DNA of 62,722 nt, the filler included, from Acidimicrobiia bacterium (lineage in GTDB: Bacteria > Actinomycetota > Acidimicrobiia > Spongiisociales > SHLN01): the NCBI GenBank assembly GCA_041619515.1. It is 5 parts of 5 records of this genome, joined end to end, with 100 filler letters (N's around TTAATTAATTAA, not from the genome) between each part and the next. Parts side by side here need not be neighbours in the genome. Positions count along the whole stretch, not along the records: positions 13,711 to 27,092 come from JBFKDW010000079.1; positions 27,193 to 40,469 come from JBFKDW010000080.1; 3 more parts are not named here. One strand, written 5' to 3'. Positions 17,534-27,778 of this stretch are shown here, piece by piece. The number at the start of each line of letters is the position of its first letter. Within the stretch, counting starts at the first letter, position 1. Position numbers and translations under genes: made by a program. The notes beneath the pieces are model-generated. The model saw only the letters and a list, made by a program, of their open reading frames with translations, made no database searches and had not been told where the DNA came from.

Positions 17534-18075
17534 TGGACCGCATCGGAAACGTACTCATCACCGAAGGTCAGATTGCCGACGCAGTGCTTCGGATGGGAAA
17601 GCAGATCTCGGCCGACTACGAGGGCAAGGAGCTGCTGCTCGTGGGCATCCTCAAAGGGGCCTTCCTCACGATGGCCGATCTCGCCCGCGCCATCACCGTG
17701 CCGGTCGAATTCGATTTCATGGCAGTCTCGTCGTACGGGGACGCCACCAAGTCGTCCGGAGTTGTGAGAATCCTCAAGGACCTGGACCAGGAAATCTCCG
17801 AACGCCATGTCATCATCGTGGAAGACATCGTTGACACCGGCCTCACGCTCCACTATCTGCTCGAGAATCTGCGGGTTCGCCAGCCCAGCTCACTGGAGAT
17901 CGCCGCCCTGCTCGTCAAAGACGGGATCCAACAGATTCCGATCGACGTGAAGTATCGCGGGTTTGACATTCCACCGGACTTCGTCGTCGGGTACGGGCTC
18001 GATTACGCCGGTCTCTACCGAAATCTCCCCTACGTGACGGTGCTCGACGAAAGCGACTTGCCCGGGGCGAAGTAG
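17533..18075 (+). CDS. hpt: Hypoxanthine phosphoribosyltransferase
   Basis: GILKG, VEDIVDTGLT PRPP motif, FVVGYGLD. Confidence 0.96.
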   Translation: MDRIGNVLITEGQIADAVLRMGKQISADYEGKELLLVGILKGAFLTMADLARAITVPVEFDFMAVSSYGDATKSSGVVRILKDLDQEISERHVIIVEDIVDTGLTLHYLLENLRVRQPSSLEIAALLVKDGIQQIPIDVKYRGFDIPPDFVVGYGLDYAGLYRNLPYVTVLDESDLPGAK

Positions 18076-18211
18076 CCCGCCGGTGGTGGAGCCAGACCGC
18101 AACCTTCAGGTCTGCCTGTCGCTTGCCGACGGTTTTACCTACCATTGGGCACTACCGTGACCGCGCGAGGGCGGGAATGTCTCGCATACCGGCGGTCGTG
18201 AAGAGGACATT

Positions 18212-20143
18212 GTGAGTCGAACAGTTCGCAACTTCTTGATCTACCTGGCGGTGATCGTCGTGCTGGCGATCGCCGTGCAGTCGGTCATGTCGAACGCCAA
18301 TGCGCCGGCCGAGGTCAAATACACCGAGTTGCTCGCGCAGATCGACGACGGCAATGTGGAAACGGTGACGATCTTGGCCGAGTCGAACGTCGCCGAGGGC
18401 ACGTTCAAGCGGGCCGTGAACGGGGAACTCGACTTCAAGACCCCCTACCCGGACGAATCCGAGGCGGACCTGGACAAGCGCCTCCAAGAGGCCGGAGTCG
18501 ACTTCGACGTCGACCAGGAAGGCACGACGATCGTCGAGCTGTTGATCGGGCTGCTGCCGTGGATTCTCATCTTCGGATTCATGATCTTCGTGATCATGCA
18601 GGCACAGGGCGGCGGCAGCCGCGTGATGCAGTTCGGCAAGGCCAAGGCCAAGCAGGTGACCAAGGACCAGCCGAAGGTCACCTTCGATGACGTGGCCGGC
18701 ATCGACGAGGCGGTCGAAGAGCTCCAGGAGATCAAAGAGTTCCTCCAGAACCCGCAGAAGTTCCGCCAAATCGGGGCCAAGATCCCCAAGGGTGTGCTCC
18801 TGTTCGGGCCGCCCGGCACCGGGAAGACGTTGCTTGCCAGGGCGGTTGCCGGCGAGGCCGGCGTCCCGTTCTTCTCGATATCCGGCTCGGACTTCGTCGA
18901 GATGTTTGTCGGGGTCGGAGCCAGCCGGGTCCGCGACCTGTTCGAGCAGGCCAAGGCCCAGGCTCCGGCCATCGTGTTCATCGACGAGATCGACGCCGTC
19001 GGCCGTCATCGTGGCGCCGGCCTCGGCGGCGGGCACGACGAGCGCGAGCAGACACTCAACCAGCTGCTCGTCGAGATGGACGGCTTCGACGCCAACCTCG
19101 GGGTCATCCTGATCGCCGGCACCAACCGGCCCGATATCCTCGACCCAGCCTTGCTGCGCCCCGGCCGCTTCGATCGCCAGATAATCGTCGACCGGCCGGA
19201 CCTGAAGGGCAGGATGGAGATCCTGAAGGTGCACAGCAAGGGCAAGCCGCTTTCGTCCGAGATCGACCTCGAAGTGCTCGCCCGCCAGACCCCGGGGTTC
19301 ACCGGAGCCGACCTCGCCAACCTCATCAACGAGGCGGCCATCCTGGCGGCTCGCCACGGCAAAGAGCAGATCTCCATGGAGGAGCTGGAGGAGTCCATCA
19401 ACCGGGTGATTGCCGGCCCCGAGCGCAAGAGCCGGCTCATCAGCGAGGACGAGAAGCTGGTCATCGCCTACCACGAGGGCGGGCATGCCCTCGTCGGCCA
19501 TGCGGTCCCCAACGGTGATCCCATCCACAAGGTCACGATCATTCCGCGCGGGATGTCGCTCGGCCATACGCTCGCGCTGCCCACCGAGGACCGGTATATC
19601 ACGCGGCGCTCCGAGATGGTCGACCGCCTCGCCATGATGCTGGGAGGCCGAACCGCCGAGGAGCTCATTTTCAAGGATCCCAGCACCGGTGCCGCCGACG
19701 ATATCGAGAAGGCCACCAAACTGGCCCGCCAGATGGTGATGGAGTTCGGCATGTCGGACAAGCTCGGGCCGATGAAGTACGCCAACAACCAGGGTGAGGT
19801 GTTCCTCGGCCGGGACTACGTGCAGCATCAGGATTACTCGGACGAGCTGGCATCCCTCATCGACACCGAGGTGCGCAAGCTCATCACCCAGGCTCACGAC
19901 GAGGCCCGGGCAATTCTCACGACCCACCGTGACGTGCTCGACCGCCTGGCCAAGGAGCTGGTTGAGCGCGAGACCCTCGACCGCGAAGAAGTGGCCGAGG
20001 TGTTCACTCCGGTCGGCAAGTGGATCTACGCCGACAACGGTGGGGGCCGCATCGAGCCTCCGGCTCCCGAAGCAACCATGCCCGGCAGCCTGACCGGCCC
20101 GGATGTGGCCGCCGCCGCGGCCGGCGAAGGCGCTCCCAGCTGA
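18212..20143 (+). CDS. ftsH: ATP-dependent zinc metalloprotease FtsH
   Basis: Two TMs, [21 protein letters not shown]. Confidence 0.98.
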   Translation: MSRTVRNFLIYLAVIVVLAIAVQSVMSNANAPAEVKYTELLAQIDDGNVETVTILAESNVAEGTFKRAVNGELDFKTPYPDESEADLDKRLQEAGVDFDVDQEGTTIVELLIGLLPWILIFGFMIFVIMQAQGGGSRVMQFGKAKAKQVTKDQPKVTFDDVAGIDEAVEELQEIKEFLQNPQKFRQIGAKIPKGVLLFGPPGTGKTLLARAVAGEAGVPFFSISGSDFVEMFVGVGASRVRDLFEQAKAQAPAIVFIDEIDAVGRHRGAGLGGGHDEREQTLNQLLVEMDGFDANLGVILIAGTNRPDILDPALLRPGRFDRQIIVDRPDLKGRMEILKVHSKGKPLSSEIDLEVLARQTPGFTGADLANLINEAAILAARHGKEQISMEELEESINRVIAGPERKSRLISEDEKLVIAYHEGGHALVGHAVPNGDPIHKVTIIPRGMSLGHTLALPTEDRYITRRSEMVDRLAMMLGGRTAEELIFKDPSTGAADDIEKATKLARQMVMEFGMSDKLGPMKYANNQGEVFLGRDYVQHQDYSDELASLIDTEVRKLITQAHDEARAILTTHRDVLDRLAKELVERETLDREEVAEVFTPVGKWIYADNGGGRIEPPAPEATMPGSLTGPDVAAAAAGEGAPS

Positions 20144-20163
20144 CCTGGTCGGCCGCGGAAACC

Positions 20164-20979
20164 GTGCTCTGGGATTGTTCCCGCACGGTCATCATGGGGG
20201 TGCTGAACGTCACACCCGACTCGTTTTCCGACGGCGGGCTTGACCCGACCGCCGAGGTGGCGATCGCACGGGGCACGGAACTCGCTGCCGCCGGAGCGGA
20301 TATCGTCGACGTCGGCGGGGAATCGACCCGTCCGGGTGCGGCTCCGGTGTCGACCGCCGAGGAGCTGGCGAGGGTCATTCCGGTGGTGGCCGGCCTGGCA
20401 GAGCGCGGAGTCGCGGTTTCAATCGATACCGCCAAGCCGGCCGTGGCCCAGGCCGCTCTCGAGGCAGGCGCCATCGTCATTAATGACGTCACGGGCCTGG
20501 CCGACCGCGACATGCGCTCGCTGGCGGCACAGGCTGAAGCCGGCGTGGTGGTCATGCACATGCAGGGAGAGCCGCGCACCATGCAAGCCGACCCACAGTA
20601 CGCCGATGTGGTGGGCGAGGTCCGGGACTTCCTGGTGGAACGGTCCCAGCTGGCAGAGGCGGAGGGCGTGCGGCGGGACCGGATCGCCATCGATCCGGGA
20701 ATCGGGTTTGGCAAGACCTTCCAACACAACCTGGATCTGCTCGCCAACCTCCACGTGTTGGTAGAAACCGGGTATCCGGTGCTGATCGGGACGTCGAGAA
20801 AGGCGTTCCTGGGCCGAATCCTGGGAGAATCGGTGCCACCGAACGAGCGGGATCCGGCCAGCGGCGCTACGGTAGCACTTGCCATTCAGCAAGGGGTGGC
20901 CGTAGTGCGGGTGCATAACGTGGCGATGACAGCACAGATTGCGCGAACGGTGGATGCCATTCTCGGGCGAACCGGCTGA
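20164..20979 (+). CDS. folP: Dihydropteroate synthase (start uncertain)
   Basis: MGVLNVTPDSFSDGG, GGESTRPG, DPGIGFGK, SRK, RVHNV. Confidence 0.96.
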   Translation: MLWDCSRTVIMGVLNVTPDSFSDGGLDPTAEVAIARGTELAAAGADIVDVGGESTRPGAAPVSTAEELARVIPVVAGLAERGVAVSIDTAKPAVAQAALEAGAIVINDVTGLADRDMRSLAAQAEAGVVVMHMQGEPRTMQADPQYADVVGEVRDFLVERSQLAEAEGVRRDRIAIDPGIGFGKTFQHNLDLLANLHVLVETGYPVLIGTSRKAFLGRILGESVPPNERDPASGATVALAIQQGVAVVRVHNVAMTAQIARTVDAILGRTG

Positions 20980-21455
20980 TGGCCGGTCTCGAACCGCGTG
21001 GGTTTGTATGGGTGATCTCTCGCCGTCTGGCCTTGTCTGAGCGGATCGGCGGCCAGGGACTTCAGCATCGGCGTGTCCGGCGCAGCGAAGAGATCGACTG
21101 GCTGCGCGACCTCGGCTTCACCGACGTGCTGTCGCTTCTGGAGGGCAACCAGAACCTCGCCTCATATCGTGAGGCCGGGATCCGGGCCCATCACGTCGCG
21201 CTGCCGACGGACTACGAGGATGCCGACGCCGAGGCGGTGTTCGAAGCTCTCGAGCGGATCCTGGGAGAGCCCCGCAACGTGCTGCTCGTGCATCGCGATC
21301 ACCTCGACGACACGCTGGTCGGCTTCATGGGTGGATACCTCATTCGGTCCGGTCTTATCGAGGACCCCATCATGGCGACGGCCACGATCCAGGAGATCGC
21401 GGGGAGGCCGCTCGGCCCGGAAGGCCGCAGGCTGGTAAGCCCCACGCTCGGGTAA
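20979..21455 (+). CDS. Hypothetical protein, possible phosphatase (PTP/DSP)-like fold lacking the catalytic Cys
   Basis: Translationally coupled to folP; pattern F.WVI...LA.SERIG...G.T.VLSL...LLVH followed by RDHL instead of CxxGxxR. Confidence 0.65.
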   Translation: MAGLEPRGFVWVISRRLALSERIGGQGLQHRRVRRSEEIDWLRDLGFTDVLSLLEGNQNLASYREAGIRAHHVALPTDYEDADAEAVFEALERILGEPRNVLLVHRDHLDDTLVGFMGGYLIRSGLIEDPIMATATIQEIAGRPLGPEGRRLVSPTLG

Positions 21456-21507
21456 TGCGAATCCGGGTGGGCACCGGGCGGTCGACGGTGGCGCCCGGGC
21501 CGGCTCA

Positions 21508-22041
21508 ATGACGCTGATCGCGGTTGGTTTCGGCTCGAATCTCGGGGACCGGAGGGCTCACCTCGATGCCGGCCTTGCGTGGCTGGCGGCACATGCCCGG
21601 CCCACGGCGCGGTCGTCGCTCTACGAATCGGCTCCGATTGGGCCCGTTGTACAGGGGCCCTTCTTGAATGCGGTGGCCGTCTTCGAAACCGACGAGTCGC
21701 CCAAGCAGGTGCTGTCCCGTCTGCTCGAAGGTGAGCTGCGGCAGGAGCGGGTCCGCGATGTCCCCTGGGGCCCGCGTACGCTCGATCTCGACCTGCTCCT
21801 CTACGGGGACCGAACCGTGGAGCAGCCGGGGTTGAAGGTCCCACATCCCCAGCTCACCGTCCGCCGCTTCGTGCTCGAACCGCTCCTGGAGGCGTGGCCC
21901 GACGCCGCGCTGCCGGACGGCTCACCGCTGGCATCGTTCCTCGGGTCGGTCGACGACCAGGATGTCAAGCAAATAGGCGACTGGGCGGTGCCGAGGTGGC
22001 TGGCAATCCGGTGGTGGTGGCAGCGCCGCAGGCGGAGCTAG
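21508..22041 (+). CDS. folK: 2-amino-4-hydroxy-6-hydroxymethyldihydropteridine diphosphokinase
   Basis: GSNLGDR, FLNAV, WGPRTLDLDLL, PHP. Confidence 0.96.
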   Translation: MTLIAVGFGSNLGDRRAHLDAGLAWLAAHARPTARSSLYESAPIGPVVQGPFLNAVAVFETDESPKQVLSRLLEGELRQERVRDVPWGPRTLDLDLLLYGDRTVEQPGLKVPHPQLTVRRFVLEPLLEAWPDAALPDGSPLASFLGSVDDQDVKQIGDWAVPRWLAIRWWWQRRRRS

Positions 22042-22096
22042 ACCGCCGGGGGCGGTCCCACCAAGCGCGGCCGCGAGCCTGCCGTAACCTTGCCCG

Positions 22097-22909
22097 ATGA
22101 GGATGATCCTTGCCGGGCCTGGCCGTGCCGGGATGTCGCTCGCCCTAGCCGCAGCTCGCGCCGGGCACGACGTCGCCGGCGTCCTCGGCCGGGGTTCTGC
22201 TGCTGCGGCCGCCGCCCGTCTCGAACGCGCCGAGCTGACCTGGGATGAGCTGTTGCCGGCGGCTGATGTGCTCGTCATCGCGGTGCGGGACGATGCCATT
22301 GCCGAGGTGGCCGGGCGCCTGGCCCCGCTGGCGATCGGCGTCGAGTCGGCCGTTCATTTGTCCGGGTCTATCGGGGTGGGGGCACTTGCGCCGCTGGCGG
22401 ACGTGGGCCTCAGCACCGGCGGCTTTCACCCGCTCCAGAGCCTGCCCGATCCCGACACGGGCTCGCGGCGATTGGCCGGTGCCTGGGTCGGAGTGACCGC
22501 CGAGGACTCGGGCCTGCACGCAGCCCTGGTCGGGCTGGCCGGCTCGCTCGGCATGATCCCGTTCGACCTGCGCGACGGCGCCCGACCGCTCTACCACGCC
22601 GGCGCCTCTGCCGCCGCCAACTACGTCGTGGGGAGCCTGGCTCTGGCCCAGCGGCTCTTTGCCGCCGCCGGGGTGCCCTGGGAGGCAGCCGGCCCTCTGG
22701 TTGAGGCGGTGGTCAAGAATGTCATGGAGCTGGGGCCCGACCGGGCCTTGACGGGGCCGATTGCGCGGGGCGACGTATCGACCGTGCGACAGCAGATCGC
22801 GGCGATCCGGGCTGCCGTCCCGGATTTGGAGGCCGACTTCGTCGACATCGGGAGGGTCGTCGCACGGTTGGCGGGGCGGGACGAAGAGTTCGAGCAGGTG
22901 TTCGAGTGA
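22097..22909 (+). CDS. Rossmann-like plus DUF2520 protein (PanG-type ketopantoate reductase candidate)
   Basis: GPGRAG, HLSG, FHPLQS, YHAGA...N, LTGPIARGD; upstream of panC. Confidence 0.85.
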   Translation: MRMILAGPGRAGMSLALAAARAGHDVAGVLGRGSAAAAAARLERAELTWDELLPAADVLVIAVRDDAIAEVAGRLAPLAIGVESAVHLSGSIGVGALAPLADVGLSTGGFHPLQSLPDPDTGSRRLAGAWVGVTAEDSGLHAALVGLAGSLGMIPFDLRDGARPLYHAGASAAANYVVGSLALAQRLFAAAGVPWEAAGPLVEAVVKNVMELGPDRALTGPIARGDVSTVRQQIAAIRAAVPDLEADFVDIGRVVARLAGRDEEFEQVFE

Positions 22910-23799
22910 TAACCGTGGAAACCTTCGCCGAGGTGCGAGCGGCATCCTCCGGCCGGGTGGGCCTGGCGCCCACGATGGGATACCTCCACGAGGGCCACCT
23001 CGCGCTCTTCCGGACTGCCCGGGCGCAGTCGGACACGGTGGTCGCCTCCATCTTCGTGAACCCTCTTCAGTTCGGTCCCGGCGAGGACCTCTCCCGCTAC
23101 CCCCGGGACCTCGGCCGCGACGAATACCTGGCGAAACAGGAAGGCGTCGACGTGCTGTTTGCTCCGTCGATCGAGGAGATGTATCCGGATCCGCCCGCCA
23201 CCCGGATTGAGGTGGCGGGACTCACCGACCATTTCGAAGGTGCCCGAAGGCCTGGGCATTTTGCAGGGGTCGCCATGGTGGTAGCGAAGCTGTTTGCGGG
23301 GATTCAGCCACAGCGGGCCTATTTCGGGCGCAAGGACGCTCAGCAGCTGGCGGTGGTCAGGCGGATGGCCGCCGACCTGTCTTTCCCGCTGGAGATCGTG
23401 GCCGTCTCAACCGTGCGGGAGATGGATGGGTTGGCGCTGTCGTCGCGCAACCGGTTTCTCAGCTCCGAAGAGCGCCCCGCCGCCCTTGCCCTGTCCCGGG
23501 GTCTGGCGGCCGCGGCCGCCGCCGTGGCGGACGGAGAGCGGGATGGGCCGACGCTCGAGGCGACGGTTGCCGAAGAGGTGGACTCCACCGTCGGGGCGAC
23601 CCTCGAGTATTCCTCTCTGTTCGCCGCCGACACCGCCCAGCCGATTGACACGCTCGACACCGATGCCGTCCTGGCGGTGGCGGCCCGGGTGGGGGAAACC
23701 CGCCTGATCGACAACGTGGCCTTTAGCGTTGGGGCGGATTCGGTGACGGCCGACCTGGGTGTCATGCTCGAGGGACCGTCCCTGTTGGAGAGTGACTGA
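22906..23799 (+). CDS. panC: Pantoate--beta-alanine ligase
   Basis: PTMGYLHEGH, FVNPLQF, FGRKDAQQ, LSSRN, RLIDN. Confidence 0.97.
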   Translation: MITVETFAEVRAASSGRVGLAPTMGYLHEGHLALFRTARAQSDTVVASIFVNPLQFGPGEDLSRYPRDLGRDEYLAKQEGVDVLFAPSIEEMYPDPPATRIEVAGLTDHFEGARRPGHFAGVAMVVAKLFAGIQPQRAYFGRKDAQQLAVVRRMAADLSFPLEIVAVSTVREMDGLALSSRNRFLSSEERPAALALSRGLAAAAAAVADGERDGPTLEATVAEEVDSTVGATLEYSSLFAADTAQPIDTLDTDAVLAVAARVGETRLIDNVAFSVGADSVTADLGVMLEGPSLLESD

Positions 23800-24563
23800 T
23801 GCTGCTGGTGATAGACGTCGGCAATACCGAGACGGTGCTGGGCGTGTTCGACGACGCCGACCTGGCTGCTCACTGGCGGGTGACGACGGTGCGGGGCCGG
23901 ACCCGGGACGAGTATCGGCTGCTGCTCGGTGGCATGCTCGAGAGGGAGGGCTACGCGCCATCTCGCCTCACCCGAGTGGCCGTCTCCAGCGTGGTGCCTC
24001 CGGCGACCCACGCCTTGCGCGATGTGGCCGGCTCCCTGGCCAACGGGCCGATCCTGGTCGTCGAACCGGGAGTGAAGACCGGCATGCCCATCCTCATAGA
24101 CAATCCTCGCGAAGTGGGGGCGGACCGAATTGTCAACGCGGTGGCAGCTGCCCGCCTCTACGGCGCCCCGGCGGTCGTGGTCGACTTCGGGACCTCGACC
24201 AATTTCGACGTGGTGAGTGCCGATCGGGAGTACATCGGCGGTGTCATCTCCACCGGTCTAGAGGTTTCCCAGGAAGCCCTCATCCGAGCCACGGCCGCTC
24301 TCCGCCGGGTCGAGCTGAACCCGCCTCGCTCGGTTATCGGCAAAGGGACCGTGGAAGCCATTCAAAGCGGGCTGCTGTATGGGCATGCCGGCCTGGTGGA
24401 CGGCATCGTGACCCGGATCCTCGCCGAATTGGGACCAGAGACGCGCACGCTGGCTACGGGTGGCCTGGCTCCGACGATCGTCCCGTACTGCGAGACGGTC
24501 GACACCATCGACGAGTTCCTGACGCTGCAGGGGCTCCGCTTGATATCCGAGATGAACCTGTGA
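23799..24563 (+). CDS. coaX: Type III pantothenate kinase
   Basis: IDVGNT, GADR, DFGTS, ATGG. Confidence 0.95.
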   Translation: MLLVIDVGNTETVLGVFDDADLAAHWRVTTVRGRTRDEYRLLLGGMLEREGYAPSRLTRVAVSSVVPPATHALRDVAGSLANGPILVVEPGVKTGMPILIDNPREVGADRIVNAVAAARLYGAPAVVVDFGTSTNFDVVSADREYIGGVISTGLEVSQEALIRATAALRRVELNPPRSVIGKGTVEAIQSGLLYGHAGLVDGIVTRILAELGPETRTLATGGLAPTIVPYCETVDTIDEFLTLQGLRLISEMNL

Positions 24564-26041
24564 GTACCGAGCAACACGAGGATCGCCTCCGCAAAGTCGA
24601 AGAGCTGCGCGCCCGGGGTGTCGACCCGTACCCGATCGGGTTCGAGCGAACGGCGGAAGCAGCCGAGCTGCACAGCCGGTTCGAGGGCCTGGAGGCGGAA
24701 TCGGCCACCGGCGAGACGGTGTCGGTGGCCGGCCGGCTGATGGGAAAACGGGACCTCGGCAAGCTGAGCTTCGGGGTCCTCCAGGACCGCTCCGGCCGGA
24801 TCCAGCTGTTCGCCGATCAGGCGACGCTCGGAGAAGGGCTCGCTGCGTTCGTTGATCTCGACCTGGGCGATCTCCTCGGCGTGACCGGGGAGGTCATCAC
24901 GACCAAGAAAGGTGAGCTGAGCGTCCGGGTCCAGGACTTTCGCCTGCTGGCCAAGTCGTTGTGGCCGCTGCCCGAGAAATGGCATGGCCTGGCGGACGTC
25001 GAGACCCGGTATCGGCAGCGGTATCTGGATCTCATCTCCAACGAAGAGGCTCGACGCGTGTTCGGAGTACGCGCCGGGGTGGTGCGGGAGCTGCGCCGGG
25101 CTTTCGAGGACCGTGGCTACGTGGAAGTCGAGACCCCGGTTCTCCAGAACCAGGCCGGCGGGGCGCTCGCCCGGCCGTTTCTCACCCACCACAACGCCCT
25201 CGACATCGACATGTATCTCCGGATCGCCCTCGAGTTGCACCTGAAGCGCCTCATCATCGGCGGACTCGACAGGGTCTTCGAGATCGGACGGGTGTTTCGC
25301 AATGAGGGCGTGTCGCCCCAGCACAACCCCGAGTTCACCATGCTGGAGAGCTATGAGGCGTACGCGGACTACGAGGACATCATGCGTTTGGTCGAAGAAA
25401 CGGTCGCCGGGGTCGCCGAGGCTGTAGCCGGCTCGCGCCGGATCGATTACCGGGGCCGGCCACTCGACCTGTCGCCTCCGTGGCGGCGGGCGCCGTTCAT
25501 GCAGCTGATCTCCGAAGCGACCGGGCGGGAGTGGAGCGCACAGATGGGCGTGGCCGACGCCCGTGCTGCTGCCGCCGGCCTGGGTGTGGAGGTGGAGGTC
25601 GGTGGGACCGGCAAGGTGCTGGAGGAGCTGTTCGAACGCTTCGTCGAGCCCGACCTGTGGGACCCGACGTTCGTGATCGATTTCCCCAAGGAGATTTCAC
25701 CGTTTGCCCGCGACCATCGGTCCGAGCCGGGTCTGGTAGAGCGTTTCGAGGGTTTTGTGGCAGGCATCGAGATGTGCAACGCCTTCACCGAGCTCAACGA
25801 CCCGGAGGAGCAACTTCTTCGGCTCGAGGCACAGGCCTACGCCCGCGCCGAGGGCGACGAGGAGGCCCACGTCCTCGACCTCGATTTCGTCCGAGCCATG
25901 GAGTACGGGATGCCCCCCACCGGTGGGCTCGGCATCGGGGTGGACCGCCTCGCCATGATCCTCGCCGACGTGAGCACGGTGCGCGAGGTCATCCTCTTCC
26001 CGCACATGCGGCCCCGCGCCGAGGACGACCCCGAGGACTGA
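24560..26041 (+). CDS. lysS: Lysine--tRNA ligase (class II)
   Basis: RYRQRYLDL, FRNEG...HNPEFT, YGMPPTGGLGIGVDRL; GTG start overlaps the coaX stop. Confidence 0.97.
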   Translation: MSTEQHEDRLRKVEELRARGVDPYPIGFERTAEAAELHSRFEGLEAESATGETVSVAGRLMGKRDLGKLSFGVLQDRSGRIQLFADQATLGEGLAAFVDLDLGDLLGVTGEVITTKKGELSVRVQDFRLLAKSLWPLPEKWHGLADVETRYRQRYLDLISNEEARRVFGVRAGVVRELRRAFEDRGYVEVETPVLQNQAGGALARPFLTHHNALDIDMYLRIALELHLKRLIIGGLDRVFEIGRVFRNEGVSPQHNPEFTMLESYEAYADYEDIMRLVEETVAGVAEAVAGSRRIDYRGRPLDLSPPWRRAPFMQLISEATGREWSAQMGVADARAAAAGLGVEVEVGGTGKVLEELFERFVEPDLWDPTFVIDFPKEISPFARDHRSEPGLVERFEGFVAGIEMCNAFTELNDPEEQLLRLEAQAYARAEGDEEAHVLDLDFVRAMEYGMPPTGGLGIGVDRLAMILADVSTVREVILFPHMRPRAEDDPED

Positions 26042-26052
26042 TAAGCAGGTCG

Positions 26053-26372
26053 GTTCTCTCCCCCCGGAGGGGGGAGTCCGGCGTAGCCGGGAGGGGGGCG
26101 GTTGCGGATGGTTGGTTCTCTCCCCCCGGAGGGGGGAGTCCGGCGTAGCCGGGAGGGGGGCGTTCGGGTGGTCCGGAGGGGTGTTCTGGGGTCGTGGCGT
26201 GTTGGGCGCCCCCTCCGGCCCTGCGGGCCACCTCCCCCTCCGGGGGAGGAGAGTGGTGGTTTTCTCCCCCCGGAGGGGGGAGTCCGGCGTAGCCGGGAGG
26301 GGGGCGTTCGGGTGGTCCGGAGGGGTGTTCCCTTCGGCCCTGCGGGCCACCTCCCCCTCCGGGGGAGGAGAG
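26053..26372. repeat. REP/BIME-like cluster 2 (B at 26053, 26115, 26259; A at 26205; partial A at about 26329)
   Basis: Same A and B double-hairpin units as 375-740, between convergent genes on a different contig. Confidence 0.9.
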
Positions 26373-26378
26373 TTGAAC

Positions 26379-27092
26379 CTACGGGATGGCCACCGAGCGG
26401 GTCACGATCTCGTCGACGTCGTAGGTGACGAGCGTCGTGGTGTTCGGCACCGCGATCGCGCTCCAAGGGCCGGCATCGACACGCCAGCGCACGAACCAGT
26501 CGAACTCGACCTGGATCTCGTAGGCGCTGAGCGTTGCGTGACAGCGCGGCCCGCCCGGGGTGGGGCAGGTCTTGGTCTCGTAGGTGTGGCGGGCAATGCC
26601 ATCCGGGTACCCGGTGAGGTGGGGATGGGTGGACTCGGTGAAGTCGTCCACCCGACCATCTCCCCAGTCGACGATGACACGAGCGACCTTGATCTCGACG
26701 GTGACGGTGGTCCCAAGCGGTGAGATCAGCGAGTCGGTGACCGGATCGGGGACTGCCACGGCCAGGTAGGTCTCGAGTCCGGTCACGCCGAGGTCGGGGT
26801 TGAACGCCGGCTCCGGCAGGTGGTGGACGTGGCGGTTGGCGAGCTCCCAGGCGGCCGCGAGGGTGTTGTCGGTCTCTCTTGGTTGACTCGTGCATCCTCG
26901 AATCAAAGACTCCAGCACGGTTCCGGGCGATCCGTACGGGTGATACCCGACCAATGCATGCCCGTCGCTGTATTCGGCCAGTTTCACCCACGGCGTGTCC
27001 GCCGACGTCTTCCACCAGCACTCCGTCCCCAGGGCGTCGTATCCGACGTTCACGTCCGGCAGCACCGGGGGCCGTTCGCCCGACTCGTAGTA
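26379..27092 (-). CDS. Hypothetical protein, 5' truncated (PKD-like C-terminus)
   Basis: Frame open to the contig edge; VDWGDG...HTYE pattern. Confidence 0.65.
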   Translation of the reverse strand, partial: YYESGERPPVLPDVNVGYDALGTECWWKTSADTPWVKLAEYSDGHALVGYHPYGSPGTVLESLIRGCTSQPRETDNTLAAAWELANRHVHHLPEPAFNPDLGVTGLETYLAVAVPDPVTDSLISPLGTTVTVEIKVARVIVDWGDGRVDDFTESTHPHLTGYPDGIARHTYETKTCPTPGGPRCHATLSAYEIQVEFDWFVRWRVDAGPWSAIAVPNTTTLVTYDVDEIVTRSVAIP

Positions 27093-27192
27093 NNNNNNNN
27101 NNNNNNNNNNNNNNNNNNNNNNNNNNNNNNNNNNNNTTAATTAATTAANNNNNNNNNNNNNNNNNNNNNNNNNNNNNNNNNNNNNNNNNNNN
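27093..27192. other. Artificial contig linker
   Basis: N-TTAATTAATTAA-N. Confidence 0.99.
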
Positions 27193-27664
27193 CACCGATA
27201 GTGGCGAGCGCTTCGACGAGTGCCATATCTTCGTCCAGGAACCCACCCGCTTTCTCGGTCAAATAGAGGTTGCCGTAGACCTCCTCCCCCACCCGGATTG
27301 GAACCCCGAGGAAGGTGCGCATGAGAGGATGATGCTCCGGGAAGCCGACCGAGTCGGGATGCTCGGCGATGTTCTCGATCCGGACTCCGGCAGCCATTCG
27401 CGTGATGGTCCCGAGCAGCCCGTGACCCGACGGGGGCGGCCCGATCTTCTCGGCCGTCTCCGGATCCAGTCCGCGGTGAATGAACTCGGTCAGAAACCCG
27501 TGCGAACCGAGCACTCCGAGGGCCCCGTATTGCGCCCCGGTGAGGTCCATCGCGGTCTCGACGATCGCCTCCAGGGTGGCGGTGAGCTCGGCCGCGCCGG
27601 CAACTGCCGAAGCAGCCCCTACGAGCCGGGCGACGTCGGCCGGATCGAATCTGGGATCTTCCAT
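27193..27664 (-). CDS. GAF-domain sensor histidine kinase, DevS/DosS-like (3' truncated)
   Basis: AQYGALGV, HPDSVGFPEHHPLMRTFLGVPI, YGNLYLTEK; divergent from a DevR-like regulator. Confidence 0.85.
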
Positions 27665-27778
27665 CGGGGTGAGGCTAATGCCGGCCATGCAAGGACTTTC
27701 GCCCACCCTGTTTGGGTCAAGTGGCCGCTGCCCATGCAATCGGCCTGCGATACGCTGACACGACGGCAAGGAGCGCAT

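Noticed and set aside
18173..18200. SigH/SigR-type promoter (GGAAT...GTT) before ftsH
   Set aside because: GGAAT is present but the -10 reads CGTG, not GTT; too weak.
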